DNA of 64,000 bases from Paraspadella gotoi (lineage: Eukaryota; Animalia; Chaetognatha): positions 15,042,963 through 15,106,962 of the forward strand of contig CM119265.1 of assembly GCA_051294375.1 (NCBI GenBank). The letters run 5' to 3'. The notes beneath the pieces were generated by a model. It was not told where the DNA came from, searched no databases, and was given only the letters and a program-made list of their open reading frames with translations. A program made the position numbers and the translations under genes. Shown here piece by piece: positions 28,514 through 42,401 of the stretch. Within the stretch, counting starts at the first letter, position 1. Each line of letters opens with the position of its first letter.

Positions 28514-30139
28514 ATTTCACTTCAAATGTCAACAAACTTATTTTTAGTTTCAGTGTGACATACCATATTTAAGTTCCATTCCATTTATTACAAAAATAAT
28601 CTAAATATTCTGTATAATATTAATAAAATATTTATTAACTTGAAAAATTACTCATTTATTTCTTCGTTTGTGATTTACATACTACATGGTCTGTTGCGTA
28701 TAGAAGCTAATTGCTTTCCAGACTTTTGCCAAGAATGAAAATAAGTTTTGAAGTCTCCGACTCAGCATAGGTTAAAGTCAGTTAGTTATAATACACTAAG
28801 TTATATTACATATATTAATTAATCCAAGATGAAAAAGGTATGGCAAAGATAAAGCTAAAGTTAATTGCTATAGATGGCAAAAAGGATGGAATAAAAATTA
28901 ATCCAATAACTAATCAACTCTAAAATAGAACTTAAACTTATTTATTAAAATAACGGGAAAATTCCTAGATTAGTTTTACCAATTTTATGAAATGCATATA
29001 ATCTTAATAGCATTCACAATAAAGTGTCGACGTACTGGGCTTGCACATCGAGGCCTCCTCTGCTTCTCGCCCGACTTGTTGCCACTACAGAAGTTCGTCC
29101 CAAACGTCCCTCGAAGTCATCGACAGAAATAGGCGTAGCGCCGTCACGGAACACATAAAGCATTCCCCGATCTAATACTTAAGGGAGTGTACCTTTTATT
29201 TATTTATACAATTGAAACACACTTTGAAATGTTATTCCACTTTATTAATAGGGAAGCCGAGTGCGAGTCAATAACGAGACTGTGAGAGAGTCTTGATTAA
29301 AAGCTTACAGGGTCTTGCTATGTCATTATCTTGTAAGTGTGATTGAGGCCTTCAACCCCCCTTGTACTAGTAATAGACTTCGCCAGATATTTTGATCTTT
29401 TGCTACTTTTTAGGTAGCTTTTATTTTTCCAATTTTTAAAAAATTGCTCACAACTCATAAAAAAATATAAAAAAAATAAGTTTTTTGAACTAAATGATGT
29501 GAAATAGTTAGGAAAATCAATTATAATTGTTCTCATCTTTAAGATCGCATTACTTTTTACCTTACTTATGTATTTTTATGTATTTTTTAGTAATAATTTT
29601 CTCATATAATTTTTTAAAGATTAAAATTAGTGGAAATCATTGTAAAAATTTATTATTTAAGCTTTAATAACTTTTTAAAAATAACTTTTTAAAATTTAAT
29701 AAAAAAAATTCAGAGAAAAGTTTTAAAATTAATTTAAAAAAATTAAAATTAAATTATACCTTATGAAGTTTAAAAAGGGATTTAATTAGACACTAATAAA
29801 TAATAATTTAAAACAATCATCTAAATATTATAGTTTTTTAAAATGTTTAAAAAATTAAAACATTTGAATGAATATTTTAAATTAATATTTATGGGTATCT
29901 AAATGAAGCCATTTTTAAACTTTATGAATTAATTTTTTTTCAAATTTCACTATTAACTAACTCTACTGTAGTAGCAAACTTTAATTGTAAAGCATCGCCA
30001 TTTTTTGTAAGAAATATGACGAGAAGAAATTAGGACAATGCTATTAGTATTAACAATGGCATCGCCAATGCCATTGGCAATGGACAATTGAATGTCCCAA
30101 AACCGGCGAAATACCGTAGGCAACTGCATCATGCTTATT

Positions 30140-30640
30140 GGTCAATCGTCAAAGACAACGTGAGAATATTGCTCTTTCTCTTTTGCTTTTATTTTTTCTT
30201 TTCCGACTTCTCCTCCATGAACCAATGAAATGTAATGGCGGTAAAATTAACCGGGCAATGACGTTACGAGAGACCAGAAACCAACTTAATAGGAGTAAGA
30301 GATTTTACTTGATTTCCGCAGGCGGAATGCATCGATTCTATTGGTCAGGGACCGAATAACTTGCGACGCCAACGTGACCTGCAGCTTAAAGTGGTTGGCA
30401 ATAACGTCACGAAGAAACATTATTGAAGCTGTCATTGGTTTAGGAACATCACGTGATTATGAAATAGCCGCGGTTGCTCTTCTCTTCTCCTCATCTCTCT
30501 CTCCTATCTCCTGCATTCCCAGCAAATGGCTTCCACTCCAAAGCGGCGTGGCGTCGAATTTCTCATGGCCATGCCTTTTCATTTTCGCTTTCGTCCCTTT
30601 CCTTCGTCCTTCCAATCCGATTGACGTCGTTATTTAAAAT
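30140..30640 (+). promoter_or_regulatory. Putative promoter upstream of MED14 with a pyrimidine (TCT/5'TOP-like) tract
   Basis: Several CCAAT/ATTGG, CACGTG and TGACGT motifs, followed by ctcttctcttctcctcatctctctctcct at about 30477. Confidence 0.4.
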
Positions 30641-30874
30641 TTTTATTTTTATTTTTGTTGTACCTATAAATTAATTTACCCTTTTCATAATTTGTTAATG
30701 TCTTAATGTCTTAACACGTGTTATCGATTCTCTGGATCATCCCGGTCAGTTGAGTCGCTTAAGACTCGTTACTCTAAAATTCTATTTTCTGACAGAATTA
30801 GTTTTAAACAATGCTTGCTAATGCTAGTCACCGACATGCTTTCTTATCGTTAAACTTGTAATCTCTCTTTGGTG

Positions 30875-33800
30875 ATGGCGACGCTCACCCCGACATCCGG
30901 GGCAATATTGCCTGCCGCGGTTGGCGCCCCGACTGTTTACCAGCCGCCAGGTGGAACAATTCAACTGAGCGTGCTGATTGATTTCATAGTCCAGCGGACT
31001 TATCATGAACTGCAAGTCTTATCGGAACTGCTTCCGCGAAAGACGGATATGGAAAGAAAGATAGAAATTGTCCAGGTACGTTTATAATCTCGATATCCGT
31101 TGCGCCTCTTTTAATTCTAATTTTATTCATTTTATTTTCTAGTTTTGTAGCCGCACCCGCCAACTCTTCATTCGCCTCCTGGCGTTAGTGAAGTGGGCCA
31201 ATAACTGTGGCAAAGTTGATAAATGCGCCCAGATTACTGGCTTCCTGGATCAACAAGCCATGCTGTTCATACACTCTGCGGACAGATTGGCTCAGATTTC
31301 TCGAGAATCTCTTCCACAGGCCAGGTAAACTTTTCAGTTAGTAAACCGAGAAATAGTATTATAGACGCGACGTTTGATTTAAATCAGACTAAGCGTGTTC
31401 TCCATTCCTCACGCCATTGACGTTTTGACGACGGGCACCTACCCTCGCCTTCCCTCGTGCATCAAGGAGAAGATCCTGCCTCCAGACCCGATCACGCCGG
31501 TCGAAAAGGATTCGACCCTGAAGCGACTGGATCTCATCATCCAGCACCGGTGGGTGCGGTCTTTTGTTTTGTCGAGACCGTGTTCCCGGTGACTGACCAG
31601 TTCGTTCCGTTAAACCGCGCAGAATCGCCAGCAACGAATTTCCTCCTCAGTTGGCCATCGTCGGCATTTCCTCTGGCAAAGTTTTGTTCCGAGTCGCGGA
31701 TGAGTTTTCCGCGACTCTGACGGTCATGGGCGACGCAGGCAACTTCCCGTGGCGTCTTCTCGACGTCGAGATTCTCGTCGACGATCACGACACGTCGGAC
31801 GGAAAGGCTCTCGTCCATTCTTTGCAAGTAGGTTTCGTAATAACGAGTCGTTGATCGAGACGGCGGAAACTTGTTTTATTTTTGTTCAGGTCCAGTATCT
31901 CCACCAACTCCTTCAAGCGCGCCTTTACGAGGCGGCGCAACCATTGCATGATCTTTATAACGTTCTCCACGCCTTCTGCCTCTCGCTGCAGTTGGAGGTA
32001 CTGTTTTCCCAAACCACGAAACTGCAGAACGAGCGGCTAGGCGACGTTATCATCGTTGAAAACTATGTCGTGGGTCGCAGTTTGCATCTTGGATATTGGC
32101 GTGAAAAAGCCAAGCAGTTGGAAGGTAACTTTCGGCCGGAACGCAGTCTAGTTTTAATTTATTTTAAGTCTCGCTTTAAAACTAAGGATCGACGGGCTAC
32201 TCGCTGATCATCACCGTCGACGGTGATTCTCCACAAAAGCCGCTCTCGGTGACTCACAAACCGCCATTGCCCAAAGCCAGTCGTTCCAATAGAGTCGACG
32301 TCAAATTAAGAAGCGACAAACTCTCCGTAGAAAATTTGCTCATTCTTACCGCTCAGGTTGATCAGATTTTAAACTACTTTATTATTTTCTTAAGAACAAA
32401 TTCTGTTACAATTATTAAAATATTAATAAATTAAAAAAATAGGCTCGCTCATTGGTGGCCCTAGAGGCAATCACTCCGCTCTTCCAAACACGAGTTCAAG
32501 GCGATTGCGAGTTGGGTGGGACTCCGCCAGTGTTGACGGTTCCTCTGCTTCATCCGTGCATCCCGTCGGAGATGTTGAGAATATCTGTTTCAATTAGATC
32601 AGGTTAAGTCTAATAATGATCGCAATATTTAGTATCGCGGTTCCATGATGAATTTAAATGACTTTCGTTCTCCTGAAACACGATGACAACTTATTTTCTG
32701 AAGCTATTTCAATATACACAGATGCCGCCTACGGTTTGGAAAACGACGCTAATGTCCAGGTTTTCTATTTTGCAGGGTACTATCGTTTAAGCATTCCTGT
32801 CTTTGACTCTTGTGAAGCTTTAACGGACATGGAATCTGTTTTAAATGGTCCCTCGACTGGGTGGAACAAATTGGCCGGTTTAATCTCCGGGTTAGTCCTA
32901 CTTTACATGAAATAAACCTGTTTGTTACTTAAAACTTATTTTTAACTTTAGTTTAAGCGTGAAATTGACGATGCATCGTTGTCGAAATTCGATACAACAT
33001 TTGCCGGTGTTAATCATGGATTCCCTGCCTCTCGTCGGAATCGAGAAAAATCCGATCGCCAACTTGTCAAAGGATTCGATATATATTAAGTTATTAAAAC
33101 ATCCTGGTTTTTATATAGTTTACGAAACAAAACAGGTTGGTAGGTTAAAATGTGATGGAATGATTAGGTATAGTTATTGAAATTATTTATCCGAGCTTGA
33201 TTATCACCTTTTTCTAGATCGAAGGAGCGATTGAAACTAAATTTCATCTTCTACAAGCGAAATCTTGTCGATTTGCCAACGGAGATGCTGACGGCGACGC
33301 TTCCGCTCCTCAACTTTACCTTAAACCTTCTCACTTTCTTGAGCTTGAAAAGTTTATGCTCTTACACGGTCCGACCACGGAACTGTTCCATGAAGCGAAT
33401 GAAGGTAACCTCATTTCCTTACCCATCGTATTTATGAAACAGCGTTTCTAAATTTAAGCTCTCGCCGAGATCGATGGCCTTCCATCCTTTCGCCCTTCCG
33501 AGGGGGATCTCACCTTTGACGAAAAGCTTTATTGAAACGCTAAATAAGAGATACTGGCTCTCCACCGAAGCCCGATGCCAAATCGTGAAGGTCTTCAACT
33601 AAATGCCAGTCACATATGTTAATTACCCAACATGATTTTTTTCAATTCATCATTTAATACCTTTATACAGTTGAAGAGGATCCAAATCGCCTCGTCAGTT
33701 CGGAACCTTTGCAAACGCTCTTTACGAGCGGACGAAAACGCAAGTCCTGTGAACCCTCGGGTGCTTCGTCAGCTGCTAAAACTCAAAAGATCATGTCCCC

Positions 33801-36800
33801 CTATTTGCTTCCCGAGCTGCCATACGTAGTCTCCGTTTGTGACGATCGTATTCCCTTCATTACTTTACAGGAAGAACTTAACAAGCATGGGATTCATCAT
33901 CAGGTAACCGGCGAAAATGGTTAAAAATTACTTGTAAAATTAAATATGATGAATTCAAACAAACTGAATTATGTTGTGGAGTGATAATTCCTCGTTTCTG
34001 AAAATTTAAAAAAAAAAATTTTCAAACTAAATTTGACTATTTGCATTGAACGTCTTACTCTTACTTTCCGACAGGGCGTTCAAATTGAGGGACCTGGATT
34101 ATGTCTACAGTTGACTATAACTTCTTTTCCCGCGGTTGAAAGCAATGATTCACTCGCGGCCCAAGAATTAAACAGAAAGTTGCTCAAGTGCACGTTAAGG
34201 ATGCAAGGAAAAGTGTCTAACCCCAGAGTTTGGGTCGCTGAATTTTTGTTTAGAGGTTAGAAATAGGGTATACTATTATACTATTACTAACATGGTAACT
34301 AAAACATGGATTTTCTTCTAGATCCTCCTATTGCCTCTTCTCACGTGTGGGAACAACACAGCGTAAGACGTGTTCTTTTGGTCTTTGAACAATTTCAAGC
34401 GCTCGTCCCCGAGCTCTTGTTACATTGGGTATCTTTAGTTCATCTACATTGGGCCGTTTCTCAACTTGGAACCGTTTTGGATCCTCTCCATAAGACGTCC
34501 CTGCACGGAAAGGTGATTCGAGAGGAGTTTTGATAATCTTTGCCCAGTGACCACACCAGGAATGATGATAATTTTTCACCACTATTCAATCAGATTTGAT
34601 TGACAATCTCATGCACCACCGTCTGAGGAATTTGCGAATAGTAATTATTTAAGCTAAAGATTCTGAAATGGGCTGAAAATAGTTTCTTCTTTATTCAGGT
34701 GGAGGTGAAATGCTTTAACTACAAGAAAGTGACGCTCGGCTATGGGACCGACTTTAGCTATCTGGTCAACCTTGGTTATTCGGCTCATCAACGCCAGTTC
34801 GTTGTGACTTTCGGGTCTCGCGGCGGCTTTGGTTTTAACGGCCACTCACTCTTGGCGCCGTTTTACTTGTCCCTTTTTAACACGACGCGATCTTTGCCTC
34901 TTTTGGCTCAGACACTGGTCGTCACTTCTGCTCCAATGCAGGCGTTGGTTAAACTAAGTCAGGTGAGTGAACTTCTGTCTACAAATTTCAAGAGTAGAAT
35001 AAATGATGTTCTTCCACCAACTCTGTTAAACCATTCTACGGTTTATGCGGACAAATTTCATCACCCACTTGTCTGACGTTTTACTTAAACTATATCAATA
35101 TTACTAGCCATCGCTGCCATTCGATATCGGAGCTTTTTCTTCTTCCAGATGCCCCTTCTGGGCGTCGCGGAAAGTTCCTGGACGCCGACTCCCGGATTTT
35201 CTATATTGCCTCAATCTCCAACGCATCTTCGTCTCGCCTGTAACGGCTTGTATGTTTTGGACATAATTTGCCAGGAAAACGGACTCGTGGCTGTTCGGGA
35301 CGGAGCCTTCAGCCGTTTCGACTGCTCCTCCGTTGTCGAGGGCTTTATTCCCATCCAGAGTCTCAAAACTTTCCTGATCCAATTTGTGGACGAACGAGCC
35401 GTTGAAGCGCAACGGCACTCTTCGTCAGCAGACGACGACAATCCTCCTTCGCCAATCGGAGTGGAAACCGTCGAACCATCGCTTAATACACAAGTAGTTT
35501 TTTCTTTTCTTACCAAAATTCTTTTAATATGCAAGTGCTGGTATGTAAATTTTTTTTTTCTTCAGAACGTTAGCATTAACCCACGCACCCCCGGTGCAGC
35601 GGCTTCTCCCGCTGGTTCTGTTCTCCCGCGCGGCGGCTCCTCATTCCCGATGACCCCGTCTCCGGCTAATCCTTTGACGCCAGCTTCTCCGGCAGGAGCG
35701 GTTAATCGCGGCCCGTCACAGTCGCATGCATCTCCAGGTTGAAGAAAATTCCTAATAATGAAATTAAAGATTCGGTTAAAATTAAGACGGTCACAATTAA
35801 AAATATTTTTTCAAATTTTGAATATCAACTTACTCACTAATTACGATATCCTAAAATCCCCTTTTCAGGGGCGGCCTTTCCATCTCTGACCTCACCATCT
35901 GCTCCCTCACACCATATCACTCCTTCGCCGATGATGGGAACCCCCTCACCAGTAACAGTTTTCACGGGTAAGTTTTTCTAGCCTTGTTTTTTTTCTCGGT
36001 TTGAACTTTGCACGTTTTTGGCAGCCGCATCTCCGGGTAATATTCACGTTCCTTCGCCATCTTTCGGCCACGCTCCCTCTCCTTCCGGTGTCGGGGGAGT
36101 CATGCCTTCGCCTTCCTTCATTTCGCCAAATTCTCCGGCGAGAGGCGGTGAGTTAACTAGTTATTCTTCAGTTAAACCTATATAATCCTTCGTGATGAGA
36201 CATTATCACCAACAACAATCGATACGATGGTTGACAAAACATGCACCACTATCTGATGATAAAAAAGTTGTAACTTGTAACTTGTAACTTGTTCCCCTTC
36301 ATGATTATCGAGTCCTTTTTTTAGGCCCATGTGGCATTCCGGCTTCGCCCAGACAAATGGGTTTAGCCCATTCTCCAGCTGTCTCCGTTCCACAGAGTAA
36401 GTTCAGTAGAAATAATCGTGCATCGATATCCAGCAGTAGAAACCCCATACTCTTGGTTATTTTGTTCTCGCTTCGCAGATTTACCGTTGGCCCGTCAGCT
36501 TCCTCAGCGTGCCTGGGCTGCATCCGTTCCTACACTCCTATCTCACGAAGCCCTGCATACGCTATGTACCCCTTGTACTCTGAACGGATTAACATCGACC
36601 ATTCCTATCTCACCGCTTGAAAGGTTTGTTTTATGTTAGTCACGTGACTATTTCGGCCATATTCGAGACCATTGTTTCGAGGAGAAGGCCACGTGGAATT
36701 GTTTGGCGTTTCTCCTGATGATTACCCATGCACCACTCTGAACTTTTGACAATGCTGATTAAATCGGATCTGAAAATAACGCGCATACTTGTACGGCTAT

Positions 36801-38157
36801 AGCCGTAAAAATTTAGAAAAAAATAAAATTGAAATATCTTTTTTCAGATTTATCGGTTGTTCTACGTTAAGAAAACATCTTCAACGAATAATTGCCAAGG
36901 AAGAAGTATTACAACATATTTTGGGCTCCGATAATCGTGCAATTATGTTTCAGGTATTTAGCATTTTTTTAAATGTTCTTTTAAAATTCATCATATCAGT
37001 ATGATGAGTCACATGCACCACTCTTAGTGATAATGCCGACGATAACTTAGGTCTCTGAAAAAAAAGTATAAAAGTTAAATTCTTGAATCTTGTCTTATAT
37101 TCGGATTCAATGACAAAGTTTCATTCACAGACTCCGCCGATGCTCAACCACGTTCCTCAAATGCTGGAACCAGGGCTTTCGGCGCGCGTTCTTTTCAACC
37201 CGCAAAATATGTTAACGCTTCATTTGAAAGTTCAACCCCTGCCACATGCCAAGGATGTTTATACTCCGGAAGATCTTGCTATTTTCGAACGTTTTTTCGA
37301 CACCAGAGTGGCCATTCCCCCATATAAGGTTTGTTTTGCTTACAACTGAGTCCTTAGTTTTAGTTTCTGGTTTTAAATATCTTTAATTGTTTTAGATTAA
37401 CAGCCTAACGAGCTTCATGGACTTGTTTAAAGCGCCAGTCCGGGTACTAAAGGATATCATTCGAATCATGTCGTTAGACATGAACAGCTCCGCGTCGCTT
37501 CCCCCTAACAGCCCGCCCCTCAAATGGACTCCGCACATTTGTTTAACTTTGCCCCCTCAAGCGCCCCAAATATTTCCTCCCGGGCATTGCTCTGTTTTTA
37601 TCAAACCGAATGCAAACAAAATTCTCCTCATGCTGCAGCTCAATCGCGTCTTTTCTGCACCCACGGCTTCTGGTAATTCTTGGTTTCTAATTTTTATTAC
37701 TAAGTCAGATATCCGTTGCTCTTTTGTCATTTCTTCATTAGAGGGCGCTTTAGTCGCTTTTTTAACCTCGTGTTTCACCGATCCGATCTGTTCATTTTTC
37801 TCCATTATTTCCTAGCTTCGTCCCGAATGCTTTGTACAATCTTTTACAAACCGTTTGATTTCCGCTCTTGATTACAACGATTACTTTTGTTTCGCTATTT
37901 CAGGATCATCACCGTCCCCACCAGAAATAATGAGCGTCTGTGTCCCTATTTATCACGAGATTAGCTCCAACCAAACTTCATATCTCCAACCACCGCCGTC
38001 AGCTGTGTGTTTGGCCGTCGCCTCGCATCTCCAGCAATTTAACGAACAATTCCGCAACAAGAGGCAGATGATGCCGCAGTCGGGAGGTGGAGGGGTTACG
38101 GAATGCAGCCTCTTTCCTTCCGTCAAAGACTTGCTCCTCAATTTAAATTTAAAATGA
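30875..38157 (+). CDS. MED14: Mediator complex subunit 14, many short introns
   Basis: [89 protein letters not shown], and C-terminal [15 protein letters not shown]. Confidence 0.93.
32645..32701 (+). ncRNA. SNORD59: Box C/D snoRNA, U59/snR54-like (MED14 intron)
   Basis: ATGATGA...CTGA. Guide gactttcgttct is antisense to 18S AGAACGAAAGUC. Confidence 0.85.
33946..34001 (+). ncRNA. Box C/D snoRNA, snR57-like (MED14 intron)
   Basis: The D-box guide aattcctcgtt is antisense to 18S AACGAGGAAUU. D+5 falls on the G of AACG. Confidence 0.75.
34562..34626 (+). ncRNA. SNORD33: Box C/D snoRNA, U33/snR55-like (MED14 intron)
   Basis: catgcaccacc-gt-CTGA is antisense to 18S GGUGGUGCAUG. Confidence 0.8.
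35003..35076 (+). ncRNA. Box C/D snoRNA, paralog of 39406-39467 (MED14 intron)
   Basis: ATGATGT...CTGA. tccaccaact is antisense to 18S AGUUGGUGGA, and catcacccact is antisense (with GU pairs) to 18S GUGGGUGGUG. Confidence 0.7.
36192..36256 (+). ncRNA. SNORD33: Box C/D snoRNA, second U33-like copy (MED14 intron)
   Basis: GTGATGA ... catgcaccact-at-CTGA. Confidence 0.78.
36715..36773 (+). ncRNA. SNORD32: Box C/D snoRNA, U32/snR40-like (MED14 intron)
   Basis: CTGATGA ... ccatgcaccac-t-CTGA (D'), terminal CTGA at 36770. Confidence 0.75.
37001..37058 (+). ncRNA. Box C/D snoRNA, second U32-like copy (MED14 intron)
   Basis: ATGATGA ... catgcaccac-t-CTTA (D') ... CTGA. Confidence 0.7.
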
Positions 38158-38276
38158 TCATACTTTGTTTTTCTTAATTTTTGTTACCAGCTGTCATTCT
38201 TTTCCATGAAAACTATCGGTGGTCAATTTTTTTCGCGTTTATTTATTATAGAAGTTCATAAGCAAATCATCCACCA

Positions 38277-39904
<1,628 letters not shown>

Positions 39905-40571
39905 GTGCAAAGTCACGGCTTAATCTAGGGGATTCGGGATACAGGAATATAGTGAATTTCAACCGACTATTTGTACTTTATTAGGTCAAAACTTGTTAAG
40001 ATTCTAATAATTGGAATTTTGTCAATTTCCAAGTTTTAATTTAAATGTTTTTTCGTTTAGTGCATCTTTTTAATATAAAATTTATGAAACTGTTTCGAAA
40101 TACTAAAATAGTCATGGAACTATGTTTGCCTTGTCAACGGAATCGGATAATGGATCTGCTTTACTGATCGCTGATGGTAAGAATCTTATTCAGAGATTTA
40201 AATATTCTTCAACTGTACTTGCAACCGTATGATGATAAAAATACAGATGAGGACGGTCGCCTGAACCAACATTTACAATCGTTCAGTTTTAAGTTTACTT
40301 AAAATGACCAGAATTGAAGTATTAGTTTTTTTGTAATAATTAGTTTTTTTACTTCAATTTTGCGGATTGTCATCTTTATTTTGGTTCAAGGCCCTATGAT
40401 TACCTACCTGTGCACGCCTGATCATAATTGGAATGTATGGGATGTATTTATAGTTGTTATTTAAACTGATACGTTTGTTTCATATATTTCAGATGACCCA
40501 ACGACCTTCAAATCGAGTTGCAATGATTGCCGGTAAATATTGAAGATACTACTGTTTCATGTATGAGTAAA

Positions 40572-40626
40572 ATGATGATTCAGGTCCGTGTTGTTGATTA
40601 AATGAAAACAACCCAACCTTCTCTGA
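40572..40626 (+). ncRNA. SNORD18: Box C/D snoRNA, U18-like
   Basis: ggtccgtgtt-g-TTGA is antisense to 28S AACACGGACC. Confidence 0.82.
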
Positions 40627-40768
40627 ATATCAAAAATAAAGTACCTTTAAGTTGACAATTGAAGACAAAGATTGACATGTCGCTATTTCTTCCAGGCATT
40701 TCAAATTTCCTGGTGATGTGAACGAAAGGACCTGCAGAGGTAAGAAGAAGTTTGTTAGCTGTATTTTA

Positions 40769-40950
40769 TGCACAGATCAGCTCTAGAGATTTATTTTCTG
40801 TGAAATCTCCGGCGTTTCCAACTGTGCAGATTAACGCCGTCTTTAACGGCCGAGTCTGAACAACTCTATCTCGATCGCTATCTGAAGCGAGCTTCAGTTT
40901 CTCGCGTTGGACGAAGTCGAGAAACATACAGATACTATCAACTGACAATT
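40769..40950 (+). ncRNA. Candidate box H/ACA RNA
   Basis: Hairpin tgcacag...gagattt/aaatctc...ctgtgca, H box AGATTA (40828), branched 3' domain, ACA-att at 40945. Intronic. Confidence 0.5.
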
Positions 40951-41172
40951 ATTATTGTAGCATTTAATTAAACTTACTAATGCTAAATTGTTAAGTTATC
41001 AAAAGCCGTGAATACAAAATTATGTAGTACCTGAATAATCATATCCACCATAAATTTTTTTTTAGCTTATCGTTCATCTTATAACTTCGCGGCCTGTGTT
41101 ATCGAAAACTCGCAACGTTATTTAGGTAAGCGAAATCATAAATAAAAATGATTTCATTAATTAAATGCTTTC

Positions 41173-41285
41173 ATGATGAAAAGCTCCCTCGTTGTAGATC
41201 CTTCTTTAAGGCTGGTGCCCGAAAGGGCAAGAACCCACCAGCTGAAGGTGGATCAGAGACCATAAAATGCCGTGGGGCTGTCTGA
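41173..41285 (+). ncRNA. SNORD22: Long box C/D snoRNA, U22-like
   Basis: 113 nt from C to D box with a long internal stem. The core ctggtgcccgaaagggcaagaacccaccag and the ending ctgtCTGA resemble vertebrate U22. Confidence 0.7.
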
Positions 41286-41439
41286 AGACTAATTTTTTTT
41301 TCCTTAAATAAACCTTAGTTTTTCTGTTTTAACCTTGATAATTTAACTTTTAGGTTACAACCCGCTTGGAGCAACAACTTACATATGGCAACTGCCGGTG
41401 GGTTTTTGTTTTTCTTATTCAAAATAATCCATATTTTGA

Positions 41440-41498
41440 CTGATGATCACATTAGATGCATTTCCGAAATACATGCGGACAAATCGTTGCCCGACTGA
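41440..41498 (+). ncRNA. Box C/D snoRNA candidate, target not recognised
   Basis: CTGATGA...CCGA...CTGA with an atatt/aatat flanking stem. Intronic. Confidence 0.55.
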
Positions 41499-41660
41499 AT
41501 ATATTTTTTGACAACAAAAGTATTTATGTACTTTTAAGAATGGGATCTTACTCGTTTCTTTTTTTTAGGATTATCCTGGGATGATTTCGCTCGCTGATTC
41601 AGCATGTCGGGTACTTTACAATTGAAATATATTCAAATTCAATTGGCAAACTTAAACACG

Positions 41661-41724
41661 ATGATGATTACTTCTTTCCCCATCAGAGTGAAAGGTGCTG
41701 AAATTTTATTATTTAGTTTTCTGA
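41661..41724 (+). ncRNA. SNORD12: Box C/D snoRNA, SNORD12/snR190-like
   Basis: cttctttcccc-at-CAGA is antisense to 28S GGGGAAAGAAG. Confidence 0.85.
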
Positions 41725-41882
41725 CAAGCTTAAATTTAAAAAACCTTCATTGTCTAGAATTTCGTAATAAAAAATTATACATATTCTTTTAGGCACGAAT
41801 TTGGACGTTGTGTACTAACTGAATCGCGAGGTGAGCGAGCCTACTATTCGTTATCAATTAGTTTCGTAAATGTTGCGTTTTT

Positions 41883-41938
41883 ATGATGAATTAGTCCGTG
41901 CCATATGAAAAAAATCGCTGATTTATGGTCATTTCTGA
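41883..41938 (+). ncRNA. Box C/D snoRNA, 28S guide
   Basis: gtccgtgcca-t-ATGA is antisense to invertebrate-type 28S UGGCACGGAC. Confidence 0.72.
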
Positions 41939-42344
41939 TTTTAACGCTTATTTTTTAAGAAAACGGTTTCGATCATCTTTAAACGAAGAAGGCTTATAAA
42001 TAAAAATGAATCTACTCCTAATTATGAGATTTTTTAATTTCTTAACCATAAGAACATCGCCCAGATTTTATCCTTCTCTTTTGAATAAAACAGTTGAAAA
42101 CTGTTTTTTCTGTGGTTAAAAAATTGTTTTTAATTCAATATATTCCTTTTCACATTTCAGATGGTTGTTTTACTCGTTCAGTTTTTCTGCCAGGTAATTT
42201 TTAGAATTTTTTCGATTGGTTTGCTGTGTACGTATGCGACGCATAAATATGCTTTCTAGTTTCTATACAGTGTCATGTTACTTTTATCATACTGTGATTT
42301 GCTAATCATGAGACGAAATAGTTTCAAAAATTAACTTTAATTTC

Positions 42345-42401
42345 ATGATGATAGTACGATAGGGACATATGAATCAGTCCTGATTAATTATCTTAATCTG
42401 A
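42345..42401 (+). ncRNA. SNORD74: Box C/D snoRNA, U74/snR64-like
   Basis: gatagggaca-t-ATGA is antisense to 28S UGUCCCUAUC. Confidence 0.8.

Noticed and set aside
33150-33200. Possible additional snoRNA in a MED14 intron (GTGATGG...CCGA)
   Set aside because: Non-canonical boxes, short span and no recognisable guide.
40840-40940. RNase P/MRP RNA or U17/snR30
   Set aside because: Too short for RNase P/MRP, and the conserved P4 or m1/m2 motifs are not convincingly present.
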